DNA of 64,000 bases from the NCBI GenBank assembly GCA_001805445.1, contig MHGF01000003.1:54736-118735 (forward strand). The letters run 5' to 3'. This document shows, in pieces, positions 27,105 to 37,017 of this stretch. The position numbers and the translations under genes were made by a program. Under the pieces are notes generated by a model. That model searched no databases. It was not told the DNA's origin and saw only the letters and a program-made list of their open reading frames with translations. The stretch comes from Omnitrophica WOR_2 bacterium GWF2_43_52. GTDB lineage: Bacteria > Omnitrophota > Gorgyraeia > Gygaellales > UBA12090. The stretch's first letter is position 1. Each line of letters starts with the position of its first letter.

Positions 27105-28564
27105 AAGTTTTATTCTTCCATCGTAATGCAGAGTGGCTTGGTATTGAATATTTGTCAAGCGCGCTTAAAAAAGCGGGGCACGCAACTGAACTTATTTTCG
27201 ATCCTGGTGCCGGTGACGTTGAATACCAGTTTAAGTTTTTGGACCGTTTTTTTAATGTAACCGAAAACATGCTGAAAAAGGCCGAAGCTTATAAGCCTGA
27301 TCTTATTGCCTTCTCTTGCCTAACCAATCTTTACCCTTGGGTTTCGACTATGGTTGGTCTTCTTAAAGATCGTATGGACGTGCCGATAATTGTCGGAGGA
27401 TTGCATCCTACAATCCTTCCTGATTTTGTAATCGCTAATCCGCACATTGATATGATCTGCGTAGGTGAAGGTGAAGAGGCATTGGTAGAATTGGCAGATA
27501 GTATTGGGAACGGAAAGATAAATTATGAGATAAGGAATATTTGGTTTAAAAAAGATGGCCGTATAGTTAAGAATGCGTCCCGTCCTTTAATCCAGGATAT
27601 GGATGCCTTACCTTTTCCGGATAAGGATCTTTTCAGAAAGTACGGATGTTTTTCAAGCAGGATTTATGTAATGACCGGAAGAGGATGCCCTTTTCATTGC
27701 ACATATTGTTTTAACTCGTTTTACCGCGAAAAATTCTCTGGGAATGGATACTCTTATGTAAGGAGAAGAAGTGTGGAAAACGTAATGCGTGAGTTAGAGC
27801 ATTTTAAGGCTAAATATCGTTTGAGCGAAGTATTTTTCTATGATGACATCTTTAGCATAAACGACGCCTGGATAAAGGTTTTTTGCGCTGAGTACAAAAA
27901 AAGGATCAAACTTCCTTTTAAAGTCCTCGTTCATCCTCAAACTGTAAAAGAAGAGACCATGACAGCTCTTGCCGATGCCGGATGCATTTATGTTGATATA
28001 GGCCTTGAATCGGGAAATGAGGATTTAAGAAGAGCGCTGCTTAAAAGAAATATGAGTAATGATGATATCGTGAGGACCGGAAAAATCCTCAAAAAGGTAG
28101 GCATCAAATTCTGTACTTTGAATATCTTGGGCTTCCCCGGAGAAACGAAGGCGCAGATGTGGGACACTTACAAATTAAATGAAGCCTTACATCCTGATGG
28201 TGCCATTGTGTCTATTTTCTATCCCTTTCCTAAGACCGAACTCGCTGAATTCAGCTTAAAAAATGGATTTCTAAACGATTCTGATTACCAGAAAATATGT
28301 CAAGGAAAAGGGGGCTATAAATCGGGCTCTCTTTTGAATAATGTAGAAATCGCAGAAGCCTTGAAATTACAAATTCTCATCCCGGTGATGGTCAAGATGC
28401 CTCGCTTTTTACGGCCGCTACTCACGAAAATACCGGTAAATTCTTTTACTAGGATTTTTTCAATATTTTTCCTTTCCATACCGCGAAACGCTTATATCCG
28501 GATAAAGGAGTCAATAATTATGTTTATAAAATCGCACCTAGCCTATATAATGACAAAAAAATGA
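27101..28564 (+). CDS. B12-binding-domain radical SAM enzyme (class B), paralog 2
   Basis: The cobalamin-binding region is 'LIAFSCLTNLYPWV...IIVGGLHPT', followed by 'GEGEEAL'. The radical SAM motif is 'CPFHCTYC'. The size is 487 aa. Confidence 0.8.
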   Translation: MKVLFFHRNAEWLGIEYLSSALKKAGHATELIFDPGAGDVEYQFKFLDRFFNVTENMLKKAEAYKPDLIAFSCLTNLYPWVSTMVGLLKDRMDVPIIVGGLHPTILPDFVIANPHIDMICVGEGEEALVELADSIGNGKINYEIRNIWFKKDGRIVKNASRPLIQDMDALPFPDKDLFRKYGCFSSRIYVMTGRGCPFHCTYCFNSFYREKFSGNGYSYVRRRSVENVMRELEHFKAKYRLSEVFFYDDIFSINDAWIKVFCAEYKKRIKLPFKVLVHPQTVKEETMTALADAGCIYVDIGLESGNEDLRRALLKRNMSNDDIVRTGKILKKVGIKFCTLNILGFPGETKAQMWDTYKLNEALHPDGAIVSIFYPFPKTELAEFSLKNGFLNDSDYQKICQGKGGYKSGSLLNNVEIAEALKLQILIPVMVKMPRFLRPLLTKIPVNSFTRIFSIFFLSIPRNAYIRIKESIIMFIKSHLAYIMTKK

Positions 28565-29949
28565 AAGTCCTCCTTGTTAAACCATACAATCTAAGCGATC
28601 ATATACAACCGCCGTTAGGCTTAGGGTATTTGGCCACAGCTATTCGTGATAAGTGTAATGTCGCATTGCTGGATTGCATTAAAGAGCGAATCACTAAACC
28701 GGAAGCATTATTAACTATCATCAAAAAATATAAGCCAGATGTTCTCGGAATGCAGTGCTATACTTTTCATGTCAATTTTGTAAAAGAAACTTTTCGCCTC
28801 GTTAAAGGCTTCAATAAAGATATTATATGCGTCTCAGGAGGGCCTCATCTGTCCGCGGTCCCCCATGAGGCAATGCAACAGTTTTATCCCTTTATCGATT
28901 TTGGCTTTCAAGGAGAATCTGAGATAGGGTTGCCATTGCTGATAAATGAGCTGATCAAAGGCAAGGTTACTCCTGGGAATATCCCGGGGTTGTTATGGAT
29001 GGAAGATGGAATAGTTAGGGCAAATAGCCCAGCATTGGCGGATAATCTTGACACGCTTGGTTTTCCTGCATGGGATTTACTGAGACCGGATACGTATCCT
29101 GAATCTCAACATGGAGCGTTTTACCGTAAATTTCCTATTGCGCCGATCATAGTCACGCGTGGCTGTCCCTACCATTGCACATTCTGCGCGGCTAACAAAA
29201 TAGCAGGAAGAAAGCTAAGGAAACACAGCATTGCTTATGTCCTTGAACAGATGCAACTTCTTTATCATACATACGGTATCCGGGAATTTCATATTATTGA
29301 CGATAATTTTACTTTTGATGTCACATATGCCAAGAGTTTGCTCAACGGCATGATGAAGCTTAATCTTGATATTAGCTGGGCAACTCCTAACGGCATACGC
29401 TTAGACCGCATTGATGATGAGTTGCTGGGATTGATGAAGCAAAGCGGGCTTTATCTTATTTCTTTAGGTATAGAATCAGGTTCCGACCGCATACTCAAAA
29501 TTATGCGCAAAGGGACAACCGTTGCAGGGATAAGAAAAAGCGTTAAGATGATCAATAAGTCAGGGATTGATGTAGCCGGCTTCTTTATTTTAGGGTTTCC
29601 CGGAGAAACAAAGGATGATATCGAAAAGACTATTAGTTTGGCCTGCGAATTGGACTTAGTTCGCGCTAACTTCTTTACCTATCTTCCTTTTCCTGCCACA
29701 GACAGTTTTAATGAATTAAAAGCAAACGGTGGGTTGGATAACGTAGATTGGGATAATTTTTATTTTATGAGTGCCCCTTATGTCCCCGCGACAATGACCA
29801 GAAAGGAATTAAAGCGATTTCAACGCAAGGCTTTTTTCAGGTTTTTCTTCCGCCCTAAAATATTTATTAAAAATATCCTGCAGATAAAATCTTTTCAGCA
29901 CTTAAAATACTTGTTTCTGAGGCTATACCATTGGATTATAAAAAGCTAG
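28561..29949 (+). CDS. B12-binding-domain radical SAM enzyme (class B), paralog 3
   Basis: 'LLVKPYNLSDHIQPPLGLGYLATAI' starts the B12 domain. 'GESEIGL' is present. The radical SAM motif is 'CPYHCTFC'. The size is 462 aa. Confidence 0.8.
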   Translation: MKVLLVKPYNLSDHIQPPLGLGYLATAIRDKCNVALLDCIKERITKPEALLTIIKKYKPDVLGMQCYTFHVNFVKETFRLVKGFNKDIICVSGGPHLSAVPHEAMQQFYPFIDFGFQGESEIGLPLLINELIKGKVTPGNIPGLLWMEDGIVRANSPALADNLDTLGFPAWDLLRPDTYPESQHGAFYRKFPIAPIIVTRGCPYHCTFCAANKIAGRKLRKHSIAYVLEQMQLLYHTYGIREFHIIDDNFTFDVTYAKSLLNGMMKLNLDISWATPNGIRLDRIDDELLGLMKQSGLYLISLGIESGSDRILKIMRKGTTVAGIRKSVKMINKSGIDVAGFFILGFPGETKDDIEKTISLACELDLVRANFFTYLPFPATDSFNELKANGGLDNVDWDNFYFMSAPYVPATMTRKELKRFQRKAFFRFFFRPKIFIKNILQIKSFQHLKYLFLRLYHWIIKS

Positions 29950-31256
29950 GCAGATTTTTTTATTCTGAAAAAGTTCTCCTTATTGCAATATGTGTTGCCG
30001 CTCTGATAGTGCGCTTAGGGTTTATGTTTTACCATGATTTCCCTTTGTTTGCAGATGAACTTGAATATGACCGTTTAGCAGTATCACTTTTGGATGGTAA
30101 CGGATACGTAAGCAAGGCAGGTAATGCTACGGCAGGAAGGCCCCCTGGGTATCCACTGCTTGTAAGTACTGTTTACCTTGTTTTTGGACATGAAACTGCA
30201 GTAGTTAAGCTGTTGCAGGCAGCAATAGACAGCCTGACATGTCTTTTAATTTACTTTTTGGGGCGCTCTATTTTTAGTAAAAAAGTAGGATTATTGTCTG
30301 CAATAATTTCAATATTGCATGTAAGCTTTATCGCCCAGTCTTCAAAGCTGTTGACGGAAGGGGTATCGACCTTTTTATTATTGTGCGCGGTACTATTGTT
30401 TCGTAAAGCTTCTCTATCACGGAAAGCACTTTTGTACTGCTTAAGCGGTTTTTTTCTTGGAATTACGTGCATGGTTCGCTCAAATTTTCTTATCCTTAGT
30501 GCAATTTTCTTACTTTTTATGCTTTACGAGTTTTCAAGATTTCCGTTTCTCCGCGATAAACTCATCAAAGGTATGGGATGCTATACAATTGCTTTTTTGT
30601 TCGTTATTTTCCCTTGGAGTATAAGAAATTTTAAGCAATTCCATGCGTTTGTACCTATTTCAACTTTTCAAGGGTATGCTCTTTACGCATCATATAAGCC
30701 GGTAGACGGTAAGATGTATGGATTTGTTCCCTATGATAATGTCATGAAGGAAGCCAACAGCATTGCCTCGGAAACCCAACAGAGTAAATTCCTATCGAAA
30801 AAGGCATTTTTGTTACTTAAAGCTGATCCTCTGCTCTTTTTCAGGCTAATCCCGCTAAAAATTTGCTATTTTTTCAGTCCTTTGGACTGGGAATTAGTTT
30901 ACTCTAAGGTAATATATAACTATTCCTATGTATTTTATTTCCCCTTTTTTTTAACCGGCTTATTTACTTTTAGACATCGGTTACTTGAATTAAACGCATT
31001 ATATCTTCCGGTCATTGGAGTACTTATGTTTACGATTGTGTTATTTGGGATACCTAGATTTAGAATACCTATAGAGCCTTACATGATTATACTTTCAGCA
31101 GCGAGCATTATCCATGTCTATGACACAACGATTCGCAAGCGTAAGATGCTTTTGTGTTTGTGTGCATATTTTACAGCTAATTATGTTTTATTCATAAACT
31201 CGGAAGCAACAAAAATTGCTCTAAGATTTCTCTCACGGAAAGCTGGTCTTTGGTAA
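29931..31256 (+). CDS. GT-C fold membrane glycosyltransferase (GT39/GT83, ArnT/PMT-like)
   Basis: The first-loop motif 'FADELEYD' (DE...Y) follows TM1, as in ArnT/PMT. 'GRPPGYPLL' is present. There are about 10 or more TM segments. It lies downstream of a polyprenyl-P-sugar synthase. Confidence 0.6.
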   Translation: MDYKKLGRFFYSEKVLLIAICVAALIVRLGFMFYHDFPLFADELEYDRLAVSLLDGNGYVSKAGNATAGRPPGYPLLVSTVYLVFGHETAVVKLLQAAIDSLTCLLIYFLGRSIFSKKVGLLSAIISILHVSFIAQSSKLLTEGVSTFLLLCAVLLFRKASLSRKALLYCLSGFFLGITCMVRSNFLILSAIFLLFMLYEFSRFPFLRDKLIKGMGCYTIAFLFVIFPWSIRNFKQFHAFVPISTFQGYALYASYKPVDGKMYGFVPYDNVMKEANSIASETQQSKFLSKKAFLLLKADPLLFFRLIPLKICYFFSPLDWELVYSKVIYNYSYVFYFPFFLTGLFTFRHRLLELNALYLPVIGVLMFTIVLFGIPRFRIPIEPYMIILSAASIIHVYDTTIRKRKMLLCLCAYFTANYVLFINSEATKIALRFLSRKAGLW

Positions 31257-32674
31257 AAATGTTTAATAAAATCGTGATTTTCTTTCTTGGGGCATGTATC
31301 GGGCTTTTAGGTTTCTTCTCGCCCGGGGCATTATTTTTACTCATAGCTGTAGGGTTTACCTGCTTGGCTTTACGACATTATACCCACGGCAGGCAGAGAG
31401 TTTTTCTAATCTCTGTTTTTCTTATTGCATTTTGTATCAGGTTAATAGTGAGCCTTACATTAGATCTTTCCGCACTGGCCATATTTCCAAGCGCTGCGAT
31501 GCGCGAAGTCAAGAACCCCATTCCTGCAGATGATGATTATCAAAACCTTATAAAAGAAAATACGAGAACTTTTTTTAAAATTGGAGATAGCGATTATTCC
31601 TCAGCAAGAGGTTACATGTATGCCGCTGCTGCTCGAGGGATGGATAATAAGGTCATCCGTCATTATCTTGATCCTACCTCTTCATATGGCGTAAACGGGT
31701 ATTTATATGTAATCGGTATGTTTTATTTTCTTTTTGGCTATAGCCCAATTACGGTAAAATTCCTCAACTGCTATTTCGGTGCTGTAGCGGTTATCTTCAT
31801 ATATTTATTGGGGAGAAATTACAATGAAATTGCTGCGAGAATCGCTTGTTTTTTTATGATATTTTTCCCTTCGTTAATCTTGTGGTCAACAACTGATTTA
31901 AAAGACACTTCTACGATGCTGGCTTCTGTCTTGCTCGTTTATTCAATAACATTGATAATGCGAAAAATTACTTTATCTTCTCTATTGTTGATGATATTCG
32001 CTCTTTTGATGCAATTTTTCCTTACAAAAAGAGATCTCTGGTTTTTGTCCCTTATTTCTTTATTCCTCGTTTTTTTTACAGGCATCTTTTTCAACTTGTC
32101 ACAAAGGCAGAAAACGCGCTTATGTGTTTCTGTTATCCTGATTGCACTGCCGCTGGTATCCTTAACGCATATTTTTGATAATGCTGTAATAACAAGAATG
32201 CATAAGCTTTTTATCCACCATATTGGCAATGTGCATACGCAAGGTATTTCATATCGGGTTTTAGATGAAAGCTATTATCACGATCCTGATTCTATCTACG
32301 AAATGCCAACTCAAAAATTGATTACTTCTTCTATCATGGCTGTCATCCATTTCCTACTAGAGCCATTCCCGTCGAGATTCCTGCATAAAAACTTTATAGT
32401 GGTTTGGCCACAGATGATATTCTGGTATTCATTGATACCTTCAATTTTTCTAGGTATAATACTATTGTTGAGGAATTGTATGCAAAAATCACTCCCTGTT
32501 TTCATCTACACCTTTTTGACAACATGTTCAATCGCGATAGGAAGTGGTAATGTAGGAACAGTGTTCCGGCATAGAGATTACGTTACTCAATTTTATTTAT
32601 TATTTGCCGCGATCGGTATATCGAACTGTTTCAAGGCTAAAGAAGGGAAACGAGAAAATGAAGTCGTATTTTAG
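31250..32674 (+). CDS. Polytopic integral membrane protein, unknown function (possible second GT-C/acceptor-side partner)
   Basis: It is 474 aa, very hydrophobic throughout, and coupled to the upstream GT-C gene. I see no soluble catalytic motif. Confidence 0.45.
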   Translation: MVKMFNKIVIFFLGACIGLLGFFSPGALFLLIAVGFTCLALRHYTHGRQRVFLISVFLIAFCIRLIVSLTLDLSALAIFPSAAMREVKNPIPADDDYQNLIKENTRTFFKIGDSDYSSARGYMYAAAARGMDNKVIRHYLDPTSSYGVNGYLYVIGMFYFLFGYSPITVKFLNCYFGAVAVIFIYLLGRNYNEIAARIACFFMIFFPSLILWSTTDLKDTSTMLASVLLVYSITLIMRKITLSSLLLMIFALLMQFFLTKRDLWFLSLISLFLVFFTGIFFNLSQRQKTRLCVSVILIALPLVSLTHIFDNAVITRMHKLFIHHIGNVHTQGISYRVLDESYYHDPDSIYEMPTQKLITSSIMAVIHFLLEPFPSRFLHKNFIVVWPQMIFWYSLIPSIFLGIILLLRNCMQKSLPVFIYTFLTTCSIAIGSGNVGTVFRHRDYVTQFYLLFAAIGISNCFKAKEGKRENEVVF

Positions 32675-35546
32675 GCATTTAAGAGTACTTCAGGTAGTGG
32701 CTATCCTTAACCTTACGCTATTTTTGTCTGTGTTGCTCCTAATAGCTTTATTTTATGGGTTTTGGTACCAAAGCTTACCGGAAAATTCACCAATAAGGTC
32801 AAGGTTACAACTCGGCGCCATCATTTCAAAATTTGAACCCGGCTGGCTTTTTAGCGATTTGAGAAGTTTAAATATTCCTATCTATGATTTAGAAATTAAA
32901 CAAGTAAAGCTGCAAAAGATGTTAGAGGAATTACCGCCCTCTGATGCTCTTATGACCGATGAGTATAGGAAATTTGAATCTGCAAAGTTTAGTTTCGCAG
33001 GACAATCTTATAAGGTCAAAACCAGGATCCGCGGCCTAACCCCTAATCATTGGCAGGATGAAAAAAAGTCGTGGCGGATTAAGTTTAACTCAGACGCTTT
33101 ATTTAATCACACTAAGAGCTTGAATTTGATCATTCCTCAAGATAGAGGCTTTTTTGCGGAATATTTAAGTAATAGTATAGCGCGCAAGCTAAACCTGCTT
33201 ACTCCGCGGGACACTTTCGTCTTCCTGCGCCTCAATGGTGTGTTGCAAGGAGTCTACTATTCAATCGAAACGCCTAGCAAAGTATTTTTAGAATACAATC
33301 GAAAAGTAGATGATGCTAATTTTTACCGCGAAGATAACTGGGATTGGTTCAAATATGGTTTCGATCCGATATTTACAGATATCGGGCATTGGAAGAAAGA
33401 TAACAGTGAAACCTATTCTGGATTTGAAAATTACGCTGATATTGATTACTTATTGACTCTGTTAAATTCTTCAACCGATGAGACCTTTAATAAGGAGATA
33501 CCTGCTTTAATAGATATGGATGTTTTTTTACGTTGGCAGGCGCACTCTATGATAATGGGTAGCTATCATCAGTCAGAACATGGCAATAATAATCTATTTT
33601 TTAACCCTATCACAGGGAAGTTTGAATTCATGCCCTACGATCTTAATATCTTCCCTCTTGAAGGGCAATTCATCGATAAGCCGTATAATCCGCTGGTGAC
33701 AAGAATTTTAGAAAACAGGCGCTTTTTACATGAACGCAATACTATTTTATGGGACTATGTGAATAATCCCACTGATTTAGAAAATGATTTAAAGTTCTAT
33801 GATGATGCCTATCAGAAGTACAAGAAAGCCTTTTATGCAGATAGAAAGAAAGGATTTACAAATTCGAGTTTCGATAACACTGTTTCTCGGTTACGCCGAA
33901 TTTTTATTCAAAATCACAAAAAAATTATTGCTAATCTTGAATTTTGTGAAATTTTTGCCACTGTACATATACACCCAAAGAGCAATAAAATACTTGGTAG
34001 CCTAGATTTGGCACTACATGGCTTTAGTTCAGCAAAGCTCAGCGAGATCATTATACCTTTTTCTGCTGATTCTACGATAACCCAAGGGACCAAGGTTAAC
34101 ATCTATTATGACAGTAACGCATCAGAATATTTTGATGCTGAGGATACCTTTCTCACAAGCCTCACTGCTGACGCACAAAAAAAGTGTTTTAAGGGAGATA
34201 GTTTTTCATTGATGCTGTATTCGGCACGGGATGCCCAGTTGCAGCCAGTGAAGGCTCACTATAAGTTTTTCATTACCGGTAATGCTAACGAAGCAATGCA
34301 ACAGTCACTTGGAGCTATCAACATAGTTGCTTCGAATGCAGTTACAAAAAAACAACTCACACCGATTGTGCGTTGTGTAGATGGACGCCTTTTTTCATCA
34401 TTTCCTCAGGTTACTGCTTCCCTTGATGCCTTTTTGTTAGAATATCCCCAATTTAAGCAAGACGCCAATAGCTCCTTTACTGTGGTACTCGATGCTGGCG
34501 AATATATCATCGACCGGACAATAATTGTTCCTTCAGGTTTGACTTTAATCATTAATCCGGGAGTAGTTCTTAAATTCCAAAAGAGTATATCATTTTTATC
34601 ATACGCTAAGGTTGTGGCCATTGGAAACAAGGAGCATCCGATACGATTCACCGCGCTTGATAAAATTGAGCCTTGGGGGAATTTTGCTGTCATTGGCGAA
34701 AGTTCAGCCTCATCAGAGTTTTCATATTGTATTATTGAATATTCAGGGGAAAGTTATGTAAACGGCATTAAATTTTCTGGCGGCATATCCGTACACGACT
34801 CAGATGTGATAGTGCGTAATTGTATACTTCGCTATAGTTTTGGTGATGACGCGATTAATATTAAGTCCGCTCATTGCATCTTAGAGAATTCCGTGTTCTA
34901 TAAAAACTCATCCGATGCGATAGATTTCGATTTTGCCACCGGGGCGATCGAAAACAATTATATTTTGGATAATACCGGAGACGGTATTGACCTCTGCGGC
35001 ACTGATATTGTGATTGCAGGAAATCGAATAGAAAGTAGCGGGGATAAAGGCATAAGTGTTGGAGAAAGGTCGAAACCAGTTATAGTAAATAATCTGATTC
35101 GCTCCTGCAACATAGGTATTGCATCTAAAGACAAATCTGATGCACGTATTGTCAATTCTACTCTTGTTGATAATAAAACAGGAATTTCCCTCTATATGAA
35201 AAAACAGGTTTTTGGCCCGGCAGCCGTCGAGATACGTAACACAGTGCTATGGAATAATGAAAAAGAAATTATAGCTGACGCAGGTTCTGTTATAGCAATA
35301 AGCGAAAGCACTCTTTCTCTAGGAGCAGAAGGAACATATATCTCTAATTTTACCCCATTGTTTGTAGATATAAAAAATGGGAATTATCTGCTAACTGACA
35401 GCAGAAAAGATTCAACAGGAAAGATTCCTAAAAGCAATATAACATATCTTAAAGATATGCCACAATTCAAGGATCTAAAAGACGCGAACATCGGAATCCT
35501 CACCAACCCCGAAGTAATGTCGTTTGATGATTTCAGCGTGCCCTAA
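32658..35546 (+). CDS. CotH-kinase-family protein with N-terminal membrane anchor and C-terminal right-handed parallel beta-helix (pectin-lyase-like) repeats
   Basis: The N-terminal TM is 'VVAILNLTLFLSVLLLIALFY'. The central CotH-like region is 'YKVKTRIRGLTPNHWQDEKKSWRIKF...LNLIIPQDRG...'. The C-terminus has repeated beta-helix rungs such as 'NCILRYSFGDDAINI', 'ENSVFYKNSSDAIDF', 'ENNYILDNTGDGIDL', 'AGNRIESSGDKGISV' and 'NNLIRSCNIGI'. The likely ATG at 32658 is used; the track start at 32604 overlaps the upstream gene by 70 nt. Confidence 0.6.
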   Translation: MKSYFRHLRVLQVVAILNLTLFLSVLLLIALFYGFWYQSLPENSPIRSRLQLGAIISKFEPGWLFSDLRSLNIPIYDLEIKQVKLQKMLEELPPSDALMTDEYRKFESAKFSFAGQSYKVKTRIRGLTPNHWQDEKKSWRIKFNSDALFNHTKSLNLIIPQDRGFFAEYLSNSIARKLNLLTPRDTFVFLRLNGVLQGVYYSIETPSKVFLEYNRKVDDANFYREDNWDWFKYGFDPIFTDIGHWKKDNSETYSGFENYADIDYLLTLLNSSTDETFNKEIPALIDMDVFLRWQAHSMIMGSYHQSEHGNNNLFFNPITGKFEFMPYDLNIFPLEGQFIDKPYNPLVTRILENRRFLHERNTILWDYVNNPTDLENDLKFYDDAYQKYKKAFYADRKKGFTNSSFDNTVSRLRRIFIQNHKKIIANLEFCEIFATVHIHPKSNKILGSLDLALHGFSSAKLSEIIIPFSADSTITQGTKVNIYYDSNASEYFDAEDTFLTSLTADAQKKCFKGDSFSLMLYSARDAQLQPVKAHYKFFITGNANEAMQQSLGAINIVASNAVTKKQLTPIVRCVDGRLFSSFPQVTASLDAFLLEYPQFKQDANSSFTVVLDAGEYIIDRTIIVPSGLTLIINPGVVLKFQKSISFLSYAKVVAIGNKEHPIRFTALDKIEPWGNFAVIGESSASSEFSYCIIEYSGESYVNGIKFSGGISVHDSDVIVRNCILRYSFGDDAINIKSAHCILENSVFYKNSSDAIDFDFATGAIENNYILDNTGDGIDLCGTDIVIAGNRIESSGDKGISVGERSKPVIVNNLIRSCNIGIASKDKSDARIVNSTLVDNKTGISLYMKKQVFGPAAVEIRNTVLWNNEKEIIADAGSVIAISESTLSLGAEGTYISNFTPLFVDIKNGNYLLTDSRKDSTGKIPKSNITYLKDMPQFKDLKDANIGILTNPEVMSFDDFSVP

Positions 35547-35558
35547 GGTTTCTAAAGT

Positions 35559-36299
35559 ATGAGCATAGAACGGTTCCATATACATAGGTTCGAGTTTAAG
35601 TATCCATTATCCGACAGGCAGTATTCGGCATTTAAAAATGAGCTTTTGCAGTATGTGGATTATGACGAACATTGCCTTGTTAATTCTGATAAAGCTTATA
35701 TGGTGCACTCCTTATATCATGATAGTCCAGCTAACACTTATTTCTGGGAGAAAGCCGACGGATTGCGAAACAGGAAGAAATTTCGCTTTAGAGTTTATGA
35801 TCTGAGCCCTGATAATGAACCGGATATCTACTTAGAAATTAAAAGAAAAACAGATTTTACTATCATTAAGGATAGGGCAAAACTTGATTTTGAAACGTAT
35901 GTATCCGCAGAGAACGGCTCGCCTCTGAAAATGCTTGAGGCCAAGAATATTCCGTCTGATCAAAGGAAAATCATTGAGGAATTTGTATGCGATTCACTTC
36001 GTTTGCATTTAAGGCCTAAGGTGCTAATATCTTATAAGCGCGAAGCATTTACTGCAAAATACCATAAAAATATCCGGATTACTTTTGACAGCCAAATAAA
36101 AAGTTATAAAACAGGCAACATCTTTTCGCCATTTAAACAACCGCACTCGGTTTACACTGAAGGAGTTATTTTAGAACTTAAGTTTAAAGGATCGTTACCG
36201 GAATGGTTTCACTTTTTGGTCCAGAAATATAATTTAGTCAAAGATACCTATTCCAAATATTTTATGTCTATGGTCGAATCGTATAGTCTATCTGTTTAA
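35559..36299 (+). CDS. VTC-domain (CYTH-like triphosphate-tunnel, 'polyphosphate polymerase domain') protein
   Basis: The size is 246 aa. 'YLEIKRK' is an ExExK-like tunnel motif. It follows a CotH gene and precedes a DUF4956-like gene, which is the recurrent CotH/VTC/DUF4956 neighbourhood. Confidence 0.5.
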   Translation: MSIERFHIHRFEFKYPLSDRQYSAFKNELLQYVDYDEHCLVNSDKAYMVHSLYHDSPANTYFWEKADGLRNRKKFRFRVYDLSPDNEPDIYLEIKRKTDFTIIKDRAKLDFETYVSAENGSPLKMLEAKNIPSDQRKIIEEFVCDSLRLHLRPKVLISYKREAFTAKYHKNIRITFDSQIKSYKTGNIFSPFKQPHSVYTEGVILELKFKGSLPEWFHFLVQKYNLVKDTYSKYFMSMVESYSLSV

Positions 36300-36317
36300 T
36301 GAGAGAGGAGTAAATAT

Positions 36318-37004
36318 ATGGGCAACATACTTACAATGGGAGGAGACTACGTTATTGGAGATAATCTGGTTTCAATCGCTATGAATATATCTCTGTCATT
36401 TGTTCTTGGCCTACTTATTGCTACTGTTTATAAAAAAACGCACAAGGGCGTATCGTACTCACAGTCTTTTACTCAGACACTCCTGATTTTAACGGTTATT
36501 TCTACGAGCGCCATGATGGTTATTGGAAGCAGCTTAGCCAAGGCCTTTGGGATGGCTGGAGCGCTTTCCATAATTCGCTTTCGTACAGTAGTCAAGGATC
36601 CTAAAGATATCGGTTTTGTTTTCTTGGCTTTGGTGATTGGAATGGCGTGTGGTACACAAGGGTATTTGATCGCTATTACTACTGCTGCATTACTAACGAT
36701 TATTATTATATCATTGACTAAAGTAAACTTTGGTTCTATTAAAAAGCATAATTTTGTCTTGCGTTATTACCAACAAATGAATCTTATCTCAAATGAAGAG
36801 GTTCACGATTTATTACGCACGTATTTAAAATCCTGTGTTTTATTGAGCATGTTATCACATGAGTCAGGGAAAACATTTGAATTTTCATACAATGTTGATT
36901 TTATAAGTAAAAACGAACAAAATGATTTACTGAAAGAGTTGAGCGCGCGCAAGGGCATCAGTAATGTTTATCTTTTAAATGCGTCAAACGATATAGAGTA
37001 TTGA
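36318..37004 (+). CDS. DUF4956-like small membrane protein
   Basis: It has 3-4 TM segments. 'GALSIIRFRTVVKDPKDIGFVF' resembles the conserved 'RFRT..KD..D' core I recall for DUF4956. Its context after the VTC gene supports the call. Confidence 0.45.
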   Translation: MGNILTMGGDYVIGDNLVSIAMNISLSFVLGLLIATVYKKTHKGVSYSQSFTQTLLILTVISTSAMMVIGSSLAKAFGMAGALSIIRFRTVVKDPKDIGFVFLALVIGMACGTQGYLIAITTAALLTIIIISLTKVNFGSIKKHNFVLRYYQQMNLISNEEVHDLLRTYLKSCVLLSMLSHESGKTFEFSYNVDFISKNEQNDLLKELSARKGISNVYLLNASNDIEY

Positions 37005-37017
37005 TCGTAAAAAAACA

